64,000 nucleotides of DNA from assembly GCA_963803435.1 (NCBI GenBank), contig CAWDML010000003.1, positions 288,001 through 352,000 on the forward strand, given 5' to 3'. Origin of the DNA: an uncultured delta proteobacterium. Its GTDB lineage: Bacteria > Myxococcota > Kuafuiibacteriia > Kuafuiibacteriales > Kuafuiibacteriaceae. The notes beneath the pieces were generated by a model. The model was given only the letters and a program-made list of their open reading frames with translations, was not told the origin of the DNA and did no database searches. Numbering within the stretch: the stretch's first letter is position 1; each line of letters opens with the position of its first letter. Below are positions 30,827 to 40,791 of this stretch, piece by piece. The position numbers and the translations under genes are program-made.

Positions 30827-33546
30827 TCAGTGCGCGGCGGCGTGCGCCACCTCGCCTTCGAGAGCGTCGATCCGGAGCATCAGCGCCAGGAGATCGGCCG
30901 GTGAGAGGTCGGACCTGAAGCTCGATCGCAGGTCGAGATACCGGTTCTCCAGGCGGTCGAGCGTGGGTTGATCGAGCTTCTGGGCGGCCAGCGCCTTGGC
31001 CACGCGGTCGAGCTTGGTCTTGACCATGGCGTCGTCGATCCGGGTGCGGGCGAGGGCCGCCAGCAGCAGCTCCTTGGTGTGCTTCATCTCCTCCGGCTCG
31101 ACCGAACGCTCGAAGTCACGCAGGAGGGGTTGAAGGGCGGGGCTCGCCCAGACGTCGCGCCGGGTGAAGCCCAGCTTCTTCATCGCGGTGACCACCTCCC
31201 TCCGCATGTCCTCGGCGGACTCGGTCTTCTTCGGCCGCGGCTTCGGCCGCTTGACCCGGGGACTCGGCTCCTTCGGCTCCTTCGGCTCCTTCGAGACGGG
31301 CGGCGGCAGGTTCTCGGGCGGATCCGTCGCGGGCTCCCGAGCGTCCTCGGTCCGGGCGATCACCACCGGCGCCTTTGCGGGGATCGAGACCGGCGGCGGC
31401 ACGGTCCGCGGGGCGGCCGGGGTTCGCGGCCACAGGAGGGCCCCGGCGAGGGCGCCCACCGCGATCAAGAGCGCGAGGAGGGCCGGCATCAGCAGGCGCG
31501 ACGGCGCGGCGCCCTCCCTCGCGATCACCTGCACCATCGGGGCGGGCGGAGGAGGCGGGGGGAGGATCTGCGTCCGCGTCGCCTCCGGCCCGAACCCCGC
31601 ATCCTCGAGCCAGGCCACCACGCGCTCGGCGTTGGGCGGCCGCTCCTCGGGCCCCTTGGCGAGCAGCCACTCCACCAGGTCGTCGAGCGGCGTTCCGGTG
31701 TCGAGGCGTCTCGGCTTCTCGGTGAGCTGTCTCTCGATGACGTCGATCGTGGAGCCGCTGAAGGGCGGCTTCCCGGTGAGCATCGTGAACAGCACCGCGC
31801 CGAGCGCGTAGAGATCGGCGCTCGGGCCCACGGTGGAGGCGCCCCGGATCTGCTCGGGGGCCATGTAGCGGGGCGTGCCCAGCAGCTGGTCGCTCGCGGT
31901 GATGCGCGTCTCGCCCCGCTCGGTCAGGACGATCCCGAAGTCGAGGATCTTGGGAACGTCGCGCCCATCCTCCACGATCATCAGCACGTTCGACGGCTTG
32001 AGGTCGCGGTGCACCAGGCCGGCGGCGTGCGCGGCCTCGAGCCCCAATGCAATCTGCCTTGCGATCGCTGCCGCCCGCTCGGGCGCGAGCGGACCCTGCC
32101 GCGCGATCATCGCCTTGAGCGTCTCGCCCCGCAGCAGCTCCATGGTGAGGAAGGGACGGCCGTCATCGGTGATCCCGAAGTCGAAGACCTGGACGATGTT
32201 CGGGTGCGAGAGCTTGCTGAGCGCCAGCGCCTCCCGCTCGAGCCGCCGCTTGCCGCGCTCACTCTCCGCGGCGCGACCGAACAGCACCTTCACGGCATAT
32301 TCGCGATCCAGGACCAGGTGCTTGGCCAGGTAGACCCGCGCCACCGAGCCGGCGCCGAGCAGCCCCAGGAGTCGGGTACCCGTGGAGCACCGTCCCGATC
32401 ATCTTGTCCTGGGCTGCGGAAGGGGCGGACCGACTCGCCCTCGCCCTCGAGGACGAGGGGGATGAAGAGGAGGAGGGGATCGGTCGGATCGACGGTCTCC
32501 GTCTTCTCGAGCCGCTCGGCCTCGATCTCTTCCGGGTTGAAGTCGTTGATCGCCGTCCGGCCCTCGACGACCACGGACTCGAACCGGCGGAGCGGGCTCA
32601 TCGCCTCGTCCAGCACCAGCGCCACGTCCATCATCTCGACGAGCGGTGAGCGCGCGGTGGGATCGGGCATGGGTGCCAGGCGCCCCATGAAGTCCGTCAA
32701 CACGGTGCGAGGGTCGCGATCGATCCGCCGGTGCATCAACACCGCGCTGAGCTCCCCCGCCAGCTCGTCGGCCGAGCGGTACCTCCGGCCGGGATCGCTC
32801 CGGGTGGCCCGCGAGACCACCGCGGCGAGGTCGCGATCGAGCTCGCGGGAGAGGAGCGGATCCCCACCGCGACGGACGGTGGCGCGGATCGTCTCGTCGT
32901 CGATCGGGCTCGTGCCTGTCAGCATCCAGTGGATCAGACAACCGAGCGCGAAGATGTCGGCCCGCGCGTCGACGGCGCGCCCGTTCATCTGCTCCGGCGA
33001 CATGAAGGACAGCTTGCCCATCGCTACACCCACGCGCGTCTTGGCGAGGCGCTCGACCGCCAGCGCGATCCCGAAGTCGGACACCTTCACGTCGCCCGCG
33101 AAGGAGATCAGGACGTTCGAGGGGCTGACATCGCGATGCACGATGTGGAGCGGCGTGCCGTGCGCGTCCTTGGCCTTGTGCGCGTAGGAGAGGCCGCGCG
33201 CGACCTCGAGCGCGATCGCGAGGGCCACCTCGGGCGGCAGGCGGGAGCGTTCGAAGAGGCGGCCCAGATCCAGCCCGTCGACATACTCGAGGACCAGGAA
33301 CGGCCAATCGTCCATGACGCCGAAGTCGAAGACGCTGACCAGGTTCGCGTGGTGGAGCTGTGCGGCGATGCGCGCCTCGTCGATGAAGTGGTCGACGAAC
33401 CCCTCCTCGAGGAGCGCGTCTTCGCGGAGCTTCTTGAGGGCGACCTTCCGCTCGAACCCGTGCTCGCCGACGATGTAGGCCTCGAAGACCTCCGCGGTGC
33501 CGCCGCGCTCGATGAGGCGCGACGTGCGGTAGCGGCTCGCCAGCAC
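30827..33546 (-). CDS. Serine/threonine protein kinase with two tandem kinase domains, TM helix and Pro-rich tail (two +1 frameshifts near 32375 and 32428)
   Basis: Domain 1: VALK, HRDVSPSN, SDFG, MSPEQ. Domain 2: YAVK, HRDLKPSN, LDFG, YMAPEQ. Removing two C residues gives the continuous linker ...QDKMIGTVLHGYRLLGLLGAGSVARVYLA. Confidence 0.82.
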
Positions 33547-33555
33547 GGATAACGT

Positions 33556-34881
33556 CTACCGGATTCCGTGCCTCTTGAGCATCTGGATCAGGTACGAGCG
33601 GTTCATCTTGGCACCACGCGCTGCGGCAGAGACGTTGTGCTTGGTTCGGTCCATCAACGCGTTCAAATAGATGACCTCGAACTCGTTGAGCAGCGCCGAG
33701 CGCGCGTCCTTGTATGAGAGTTCGACCAGTCGGGACAGAGCCTCGGTGCTGAACACGGTCGAGCCCCCTTCGCCCTGATCGAGCTGCTCGTCGAGGTGCG
33801 GCGCCTCCCCCATGGCGAGGGCGGCCTCGACGAAGTTACGGAGCTCGCGGACGTTTCCCGGCCAGTGGTGCACCTTCAGGGTCTGCATCACGGCATCCGG
33901 GATCACCTCCTCGATCGGGCCGTCGTGGCCGACCTCCTGGAGGAAGTGCTCGACGAGGAGCGGGATGTCCCCGGCGCGCTCCCGGAGCGGTGGGATGCGG
34001 AGCAGGATCACGGCGATCCGGTAGTACAGGTCCTGGCGGAAGCGGCCCGCGTTGACCTCGTTGCGGAGGTCGCGGTTGGTCGCGCACACCACCCGGACGT
34101 CGACGGCGATCGAGGTGGTGCCGCCTACCCGCCGGAACGTCCTCCGCTCGAGCGCGCCCAGCAGGGCGGACTGCAGGGCCGGGGGGAGCTCTCCGATCTC
34201 GTCGAGGAAGAGCGTGCCGCCGTGCGCGCGCTCGAAGGCGCCCACGTGTTGTCGGTCGGCGCCGGTGAACGCCCCCTTCTCGTGGCCGAAGAGCTCGCTC
34301 GCGATCAGCGTAGGCATGAGCGCGCCGCAGTCGACGACCTCGAAGGAGTGATGCGCCCGGGGGCTCGACTCGTGAATCGCGCGCGCGATGACCTCCTTGC
34401 CGACGCCGGTCTCTCCGAGCAACAGCACCGACACGTCGGTCTTGGCGGCCCGCTGGATCCGGGCCATCAAGCTCCGCATCTCGGGCGTGCGCCCACGGAC
34501 CGGTCCGATGTGGTCTTCCTCGGTGAGCTCGAGGTCGACCGTCTCACCGTCCTCGATCTTGATCGTCGTCTTGCCGAGGGACAGCAACGTCCCCGGCGGG
34601 ATGGTCGCGCTCTCGAGGTAGGCTTGACCCAGCTGGACGCCATTCGTCGAGCCGCAGTCCCGCACCAGGATCCGGTCCTGACGGCGGCTGAGCTCGAGGT
34701 GATATCGGGAGACGGTCTCGTCGCTGAGGATCAAATCGTTGCCGTGCGCGCTCCCAATCGACAGCGTTTCACCGCTGGCGACTACGCTCCGGCCACGGTC
34801 GGGGCCCTCCTCGACTCTGACCTTCAGAGACTTGACCGGAAGCCCAACGAATCGGTGGGGGACCGTGCTCTGATCCGACAC
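33556..34881 (-). CDS. FHA-domain sigma54-dependent enhancer-binding protein
   Basis: FHA (VSRYH...DCGSTNG), Walker A GETGVGKE, GAFTGA, LDEIGE, WPGNVREL and Fis HTH. Confidence 0.94.
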   Translation of the reverse strand: MSDQSTVPHRFVGLPVKSLKVRVEEGPDRGRSVVASGETLSIGSAHGNDLILSDETVSRYHLELSRRQDRILVRDCGSTNGVQLGQAYLESATIPPGTLLSLGKTTIKIEDGETVDLELTEEDHIGPVRGRTPEMRSLMARIQRAAKTDVSVLLLGETGVGKEVIARAIHESSPRAHHSFEVVDCGALMPTLIASELFGHEKGAFTGADRQHVGAFERAHGGTLFLDEIGELPPALQSALLGALERRTFRRVGGTTSIAVDVRVVCATNRDLRNEVNAGRFRQDLYYRIAVILLRIPPLRERAGDIPLLVEHFLQEVGHDGPIEEVIPDAVMQTLKVHHWPGNVRELRNFVEAALAMGEAPHLDEQLDQGEGGSTVFSTEALSRLVELSYKDARSALLNEFEVIYLNALMDRTKHNVSAAARGAKMNRSYLIQMLKRHGIR

Positions 34882-34890
34882 CGAGAAAAC

Positions 34891-35490
34891 CTAACAGAGC
34901 GGCCGGACCAGATCCATGAGCTCATCGGCCATCCGCAACGTGAGGCCCCAGATCATCCGTCCCTCGAAGCGATACGCCGGAAGCTTCACCGGCACGCCGG
35001 CGATCCGCTTCTCGATCGTGCCCCGGTTCTGTTGGTCGAGCAGGAACGAGAAGGGCACCCACAGCGCCTCCTGCACCTCGCGGACGTCGGGGGCGAGCGA
35101 CGGCGAACCCGTCAGCTCGAACACGAAGGGGAAGATGACCATCGGCACCGGGCGCCCGTGCGCGACCGCGGGGACGTGGGAGAGCTCGCCGACCAGCTGT
35201 GCGTCGCGTTCGAGATCGAGCGCCACCTCTTCGCGGGTCTCGCGCAGGACCGCGCCGAGCGGGCCCGAGTCACCCGCGTCGACGCGACCGCCGGGGAAGG
35301 CCATGTGTCCCGACCATGGATCGGTGGGATGCTCGGCGCGGCGGATGAAGAGGAGGTCCAGCCCGGAGGCGTCGGAGGCCCGAAAGACCGCGGCGACGGC
35401 GGCCTTGCGCATGTGGCGCTCGATCGGGACCGTGCGCTTCTGGTGCGCGCGCAGCGCTTCCTTCACCTGATCGAACGTCGGCCCTGCCAC
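34891..35490 (-). CDS. Nudix hydrolase, CoA pyrophosphatase type
   Basis: LLFIRRA...WSGHMAFPGG, LRETREEV and IWGLT motifs. Confidence 0.88.
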   Translation of the reverse strand: MAGPTFDQVKEALRAHQKRTVPIERHMRKAAVAAVFRASDASGLDLLFIRRAEHPTDPWSGHMAFPGGRVDAGDSGPLGAVLRETREEVALDLERDAQLVGELSHVPAVAHGRPVPMVIFPFVFELTGSPSLAPDVREVQEALWVPFSFLLDQQNRGTIEKRIAGVPVKLPAYRFEGRMIWGLTLRMADELMDLVRPLC

Positions 35491-35507
35491 CTCGCGAGCA
35501 TAGCCGA

Positions 35508-36419
35508 TCACTGGACGTAGGCGCCGGGTTTGATCTTGGGAGCGGGGCGAGGCGGAACGGTGACCAGCACCAGATGGGTAGGGCCCTTCACACCGCCGTG
35601 GTCGTTGTCCGAGATCAGCAGCAGACGACCATCGTCGAGCCGCTCGATACCCTCGAAGTTGGGTGTGTCGCCGGGGTAGATCTCGGTCAGGTCGACCGCG
35701 AGCTCGGGCTCGATCACGCCGCCGGTGTCCAGCAGCGGCAGCGTGAAGCGGAGTATGCGTGAGACCGAATAGTGCCGTTCGATCGCGAAGACCTCGCGCG
35801 CTCTCTCGGTCTTCGTGCAGCTGAGCCCTGAGATCTTTCCGGTCTCGCTGGTGAGGTGCAGGCGGTACTGCGCCCAGCGCTTCTCCTTGAAGTCGTAGCT
35901 CTGCACCGGCGTGAAGCGCGCGCCCTTCTCGACGATCACCTGCTCGGCGGCGGCGACCAGGCGCCCGTCGGCGAAGCAGAGCCCCTCGACGCCGCGGTTG
36001 GCCTCGGCCCGCATGCCGTAGGGCGCGTAGTCGAAGGATAGCTCGCTCTCCACCTTGGCTCCCTGCTTGCCGATCGAGGCGATCAGGATCCGGTCGCGCA
36101 CGCGCTCGGTCAGCCGGGCCTCGGTGCCGAGGGCGATCAGCCCCCCGTCGATCACGGCGAGCGACTCCACGTCGAGATCGTCGGGGACGCCGATCAGCGG
36201 GATCGTGGGCATCCGCGACACGCCGCGCTCGGTGACCTCGAACGGCACCAGCACCCGCTCGCGCTCCGGGACCGCCAGGTAGCGCTGTCCGGCCCGGGCG
36301 AGACCGGAGATCCCGCGGGCGCTCTCGGCGGGCCAGGTGGTCTTCGACGCCGAGTACTTCGAGGGCGGGGCCTGGCCTGCGACGACGAGGAGGAGGGCCG
36401 GCAGGATCGCCGAGCTCAC
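35508..36419 (-). CDS. Exported beta-propeller protein (esterase-like activity of phytase / SdiA-regulated-like)
   Basis: Signal peptide; ISGL, DVESL, NRGVEGL and NFEGI...LLISDN repeats. Confidence 0.7.
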   Translation of the reverse strand: MSSAILPALLLVVAGQAPPSKYSASKTTWPAESARGISGLARAGQRYLAVPERERVLVPFEVTERGVSRMPTIPLIGVPDDLDVESLAVIDGGLIALGTEARLTERVRDRILIASIGKQGAKVESELSFDYAPYGMRAEANRGVEGLCFADGRLVAAAEQVIVEKGARFTPVQSYDFKEKRWAQYRLHLTSETGKISGLSCTKTERAREVFAIERHYSVSRILRFTLPLLDTGGVIEPELAVDLTEIYPGDTPNFEGIERLDDGRLLLISDNDHGGVKGPTHLVLVTVPPRPAPKIKPGAYVQ

Positions 36420-37381
36420 AGGAGGCCGGCTCGGCGGAGGTTCTGCTCAATCCGCTCGAGGACCTTGCCGGCCTTGGGCTGGAAGTCGTCACCGACCATC
36501 AGCTGGTAGGCCTCGAGGTAGCGCGTCGCCAGGGTCACGCGGATCTCGTCATCGAGCGGCGGCGGCTCTCCGTACCCGGAGAAGTTGTGCTTCTCCATCA
36601 ACCAGCCGCGCAGGTTCTCCTTGTCGAGCATCCGCTGAGCATCGCCCTTGGCGAAGCGGGTCGGGTACTCGTCCGCCATCCAGTAGCGCGACGAGTCGGG
36701 GGTGTGAATCTCGTCGATGACCACCAGGCGGCCGTCGGCGTCCTCTCCCAGCTCGTACTTGGTGTCCACCAGGATCAGGCCGCGCTCGGCGGCGCGCTCG
36801 GTGCCGCGCGCGAACAGGCGGAAGGCGGCGTCGGCGGCCCGTTCGAGCTGCGGGTGCGTCATGAGGCCGTCGGCGACGATCTGGTCCTTCGAGATGGGCT
36901 GGTCGTGCGCGCCCTGCTCCGCCTTGGTGGTCGGCGTCAGGATGGGCGCGTCGAAGCGCTGATCCTTCGCGAGATCCTTGGGGAGCGGGACGCCGTACGC
37001 GTGGGCCTTGCCCGACTGATAGTCCCTCCACAGCGAGCCGGTGATGTAGCCGCGCACCACGAACTCGACCGGATAGGCGCGGCAGCGTTTGACCACCAGG
37101 ACGTTCGGATCCGGGATCGAGATCAGGTGGTTGGGGAGGATGTCCTCGGTGGCCCGGAAAGCGGCGACGGCCATCCGGTTGAGGATCTCGCCCTTGAACG
37201 GGATCGTGCCGAGCACGCGGTCGAAGGCCGACACCCGATCGCTCGTCACGATGACCAGTCGATCCTCGGTCGAGTAGACGTCGCGGACCTTGCCTCGGTA
37301 GAGCTCACCGAGCTTCGAGAAGCTCGTCTTCTCGAGGGTGAGATTGAGCTGCTCCTTCAGGATCGGTTCCAGAACCATCAC
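36416..37381 (-). CDS. purC: SAICAR synthetase
   Basis: YRGKVRDVY, SDRVSAFD, VRGYITGS, LVDTKYE and IDEIHTPDSSRYW motifs. Confidence 0.95.
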   Translation of the reverse strand: MMVLEPILKEQLNLTLEKTSFSKLGELYRGKVRDVYSTEDRLVIVTSDRVSAFDRVLGTIPFKGEILNRMAVAAFRATEDILPNHLISIPDPNVLVVKRCRAYPVEFVVRGYITGSLWRDYQSGKAHAYGVPLPKDLAKDQRFDAPILTPTTKAEQGAHDQPISKDQIVADGLMTHPQLERAADAAFRLFARGTERAAERGLILVDTKYELGEDADGRLVVIDEIHTPDSSRYWMADEYPTRFAKGDAQRMLDKENLRGWLMEKHNFSGYGEPPPLDDEIRVTLATRYLEAYQLMVGDDFQPKAGKVLERIEQNLRRAGLL

Positions 37382-38124
37382 TTTTTCTCCAAAGCCTCGC
37401 CGAGCGTGGTCAGCACGATCTCGACGAGCTGCCGGTACGTCTCGTCGCCTTCACGCAGGGAGGCGTCTTTCGGTTTGCCGAAGTAGCACTGATCGGCGCC
37501 CATCGCCGTGAAGGTCTTCTTGCCCTTCTTCATCGCGCCGACCAGATCGATCTCTACGGGCTTCAGCTCGGCGCGCTCCGCCTTCACCGGACCGCCGCAG
37601 GCCAACACCAGCGAGGTCTCGTACTGGCCGGCGTGACAGCTGCCACTCTGAAACTCCTCGGTCATCGTCGCCACCCATCGTCGATCGCAGGGGTCGGCGA
37701 TCACGAGCGGACACTTCGCGACCTTCTGCGCCGCGTCTCGCGCGTCGCGCAGGGCGAATCGATGCTCGGGCTCGAGGTGTGCGTTGACCAGGCACACCGC
37801 CCTCACGCCTTGTGCGGCCATCCCGATCAAGACGTCGCGCACGTAGGCGATCGCGGTCTCCTTCGGGATCGAGACGGTGCCGGCGAACGGGGCGGCGTAC
37901 TCGGTCACGCTGAACGCCAGCGCGGGCATGATCACCGGCTTGACCTCGAGCTCGGTCTCGATCCGCTCGAGCGCGCGCTTGCAGGTCTCCTCCGCGATCA
38001 GGACGTCGGTCGCGAGCGGGAGGTGCGGGCCGTGGGCCTCGGTGCTGCCGATCGGCCAGAGCGCGATCGCGCCGGCGTCGACCAGCGAGCGAACCTCCGG
38101 GTAGGCGAGATCGCCGAGCCTCAC
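37378..38124 (-). CDS. Creatininase/creatinine amidohydrolase family protein
   Basis: PIGSTEAHGPHLPLATD, VNAH and HAGQYETS motifs; GTGA overlaps on both sides. Confidence 0.88.
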   Translation of the reverse strand: MRLGDLAYPEVRSLVDAGAIALWPIGSTEAHGPHLPLATDVLIAEETCKRALERIETELEVKPVIMPALAFSVTEYAAPFAGTVSIPKETAIAYVRDVLIGMAAQGVRAVCLVNAHLEPEHRFALRDARDAAQKVAKCPLVIADPCDRRWVATMTEEFQSGSCHAGQYETSLVLACGGPVKAERAELKPVEIDLVGAMKKGKKTFTAMGADQCYFGKPKDASLREGDETYRQLVEIVLTTLGEALEKK

Positions 38125-39695
38125 GCGATCCCCCGCCGGGCCGCCGCCAGCGCCGCCATTCGCTTGAGCTCGCCCCGATCCAGCTTGTCGCGATCGCCTC
38201 TCGGGAGCTCGGGGACGAACTCGACGAAGCGCGGCGCCTTGAAGGGGAGCAGCGCCCCGGCCACGTGATCGGCGAGCGTGCGCGCCAGGCCGTCGGAGGC
38301 GTCGACGCCGCTCTTCAAGATCACGAACGCCATCGGCTTCACCAGGCCCTCGAACTCGAACGGTGCCACGCCCGCTTCGGCCACCGCGGCGTGCGTCGTC
38401 AACACGCTCTCGATCTCCTGCGGGGCGACCCAGCGACCGGCGACCTTCATCAGATCGTCGGCGCGGCCGCGGTACCAGAAGTAGCCCTGCCCATCGCGGA
38501 CGAACTGATCGCCGCTGACGACCCAGCCGCCGCGGAGCACCTCCCGCGACTTCTCGTGCCGCTGCCAGTAGAATGCTGCGGCGCTGCCGCCGCCGATCCA
38601 GAGCGTCCCGACCTCGCCGTCGGCGCACTCGCGGCCGTCCTGGTCGATGATCTTGGCCTGGTAGCCCTCCACGAGCGTGCCGAGGCTCCCGGGGACCACC
38701 TCGCCGAAGCGCGCGCTGATGAAGACATGGAACATCTCGGCGCTGCCGATGCCGTCGAGGATCTCGGCGCCGGGTCCGGCCTTCCAGCGGTGGTAGAGCT
38801 CGACGGGCAGCGCCTCGCCCGCGGAGGTCACCACGCGCAGCGACCGCACCACCGGCTGCGGCTTCGCCTTGTCGTAGTGCGCGGTCATCTGCGCGATCAT
38901 CGTCGGTACGTTCACCAGGACGGTGGCGCGGTGGCGCTCGATCAGCTCGAAGAGGCGCGCCGGGGTGGGCTTGTCGGGGAAGAGGACCGCGCAGCCGCCG
39001 AAGTAGAAGGGGAACAGGAGGTTGGTGCCGGTGGCATAGCCGAAGAACAGCTTGGGGACCGAGACGGTGACGTCGCCGTCCGTGAACCCGAGGACGTCCT
39101 TGGCGTAGCGCTCGGTGTTGTAGACGAAGTCGTACGCGCGATGGACGGCGGCCTTGGGCGCGCCGGTCGATCCGCTCGAGTAGAGCCAGATCGCGAAGTC
39201 CTCCTCGAGCGTGGGCGCGGTCTCGAAGATGGAGGGGTGTCCGGCGAGCGCGGCCTCGGTCTGCGGGTCGTCGACCTCGAGCACGGCCCGGAGGTGCGGG
39301 CGCGCGGCGGGGAGCTTGGCCGCGATCTCCCGGGTGGTGACGACCCCTCGGGCCCGGCTGTCCTCGAGATAGAACGCGATCTCGTCCGCGCTCACGAGCG
39401 GGTTGAGGAACATGACGGTGGCGCCCATCTGGACGGCGCCGAAGAAGGCGGTGACCCACTCGATCCCGTCCTCGAGGATGAGGAAGATCCGATCCTCGAG
39501 GCCGAGCCCGCGGGCGACCAGCTCGTGGGCGACGCGCGCCGAGCGCTCGGCGACCTCGGCGTAAGTATGGCGGGACACGCCCCGCTCGGGGTGGTCGACG
39601 ACGAGGGCGGTTCGGTCGCCGCGGCCCTGGCGCAGGTTGTTCAGGAGGAAGGCGTCGGTCAGATTGAGGGGCCTCCCGGGTACCGCCATCCGCAT
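38121..39695 (-). CDS. Benzoate-CoA ligase family protein
   Basis: WLYSSGSTGAPK, KLFFGYATG, SAGEALP, ILDGIGSAEM and GRADDLMKVAG motifs. Confidence 0.9.
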   Translation of the reverse strand: MRMAVPGRPLNLTDAFLLNNLRQGRGDRTALVVDHPERGVSRHTYAEVAERSARVAHELVARGLGLEDRIFLILEDGIEWVTAFFGAVQMGATVMFLNPLVSADEIAFYLEDSRARGVVTTREIAAKLPAARPHLRAVLEVDDPQTEAALAGHPSIFETAPTLEEDFAIWLYSSGSTGAPKAAVHRAYDFVYNTERYAKDVLGFTDGDVTVSVPKLFFGYATGTNLLFPFYFGGCAVLFPDKPTPARLFELIERHRATVLVNVPTMIAQMTAHYDKAKPQPVVRSLRVVTSAGEALPVELYHRWKAGPGAEILDGIGSAEMFHVFISARFGEVVPGSLGTLVEGYQAKIIDQDGRECADGEVGTLWIGGGSAAAFYWQRHEKSREVLRGGWVVSGDQFVRDGQGYFWYRGRADDLMKVAGRWVAPQEIESVLTTHAAVAEAGVAPFEFEGLVKPMAFVILKSGVDASDGLARTLADHVAGALLPFKAPRFVEFVPELPRGDRDKLDRGELKRMAALAAARRGIA

Positions 39696-39779
39696 GGCGC
39701 CGCGTAGCACTCGATCCCGCGGGCTGTCACGCGCGAGGTGCCGCACCCGTCAGCCCACTCTTGTCTTTGCCGACCGGGC

Positions 39780-40736
39780 GTGATTCCACGACCCCTCGTG
39801 CCGGAGACCGGGGACAACGCGCCTCCGCCCGAGGGCGAGGTCTCACAGGAGGAGCGGGAGCGTCGCGAGGTCGAGGATCTCCTGGGCCCCGACGTCCGGA
39901 CCCCGGTGGGGATCCCGGGCGGGTACCAGCCCAGCGAGTCCTCCATCAACCCGCTGTTCCGCGTCGAGCTGGTCGAGTTCGCCGGGCCGCTCGATCTGCT
40001 CCTCTATCTGATCCGCAAGCACGACATCGACGTCTTCGACATCCCCATCAGGTTCATCACTGATCAATACCTCGAGATGCTTCGGACCCTGAAGAGCCTC
40101 GAGATCGATCTGGCCGCCGAATTCCTGGTGCTGGCCGCCGAGCTCACCCACATCAAGTCGAAGATGCTGCTCCCCGCGCGCGAGGGCGTCGCTGTCGAGG
40201 AGGAGGAGACCGAGAGCGATCCGCGGGCCGAGCTGGTGCGCCGTCTGCTCGAGTACCAGAAGTACCGCGACGCCGCCGAGCAGCTCGACGATCGCGATCG
40301 CCTCGGACGCGATGTCTTCGCTCGGGTCCCGCCCCGCATGGACACGGTCGAGGATCTCGATCCGGGGCTCAAGAGCATCAGCATCTTCAAGCTCGTCGAG
40401 CTGATGGCGAAGCTGATGAAGAAGGCGCCCGCCGCCGCGCACGCCATCTCCTTCGAGGCGTTCAATCTGTCCGAGCGCATCCAGTACATCGACGACTTCG
40501 CGCTGGCGCGCGAGGGGCGCTTCACGCTGGTCCAGCTGCTCCAGGGGATCTTGTCCCGCGCCGAGCTGGTGGTCACCTTCATCGCCGTGCTGGAGATGAC
40601 CAAGCTCGGCTTCCTCCGGATCTCGATCGAGGTCGGCGGCGAGCGACCGCCGGAGGACGACGCCGACCTGCCGCTGATCTGGGTGAACCGCACCGACAAG
40701 GTGCTGGGCGGCGACGTCATCGACGACTACCGCTGA
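39780..40736 (+). CDS. scpA: Segregation and condensation protein A (kleisin); start uncertain
   Basis: FAGPLDLLLYLIRKH, AAEFL...IKSKMLLP, DPRAELVRRLLEYQKY and VVTFIAVLEM motifs. Confidence 0.92.
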   Translation: MIPRPLVPETGDNAPPPEGEVSQEERERREVEDLLGPDVRTPVGIPGGYQPSESSINPLFRVELVEFAGPLDLLLYLIRKHDIDVFDIPIRFITDQYLEMLRTLKSLEIDLAAEFLVLAAELTHIKSKMLLPAREGVAVEEEETESDPRAELVRRLLEYQKYRDAAEQLDDRDRLGRDVFARVPPRMDTVEDLDPGLKSISIFKLVELMAKLMKKAPAAAHAISFEAFNLSERIQYIDDFALAREGRFTLVQLLQGILSRAELVVTFIAVLEMTKLGFLRISIEVGGERPPEDDADLPLIWVNRTDKVLGGDVIDDYR

Positions 40737-40775
40737 GGCGACGCCTCTAAAAGCTTCTAAAACGCCGGCGTCGCC
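40737..40775. promoter_or_regulatory. 9-bp inverted repeat enclosing two TCTAAAA direct repeats
   Basis: GGCGACGCC (40737-40745) pairs with GGCGTCGCC (40767-40775); the loop holds TCTAAAA at 40746 and 40756. Confidence 0.4.
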
Positions 40776-40791
40776 CGTTGATCGGGGCGCG

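Noticed and set aside
31265-31291. GGCTCCTTC x3 tandem repeat
   Set aside because: It encodes KEPKEPKEP in a low-complexity kinase linker, which is ordinary.
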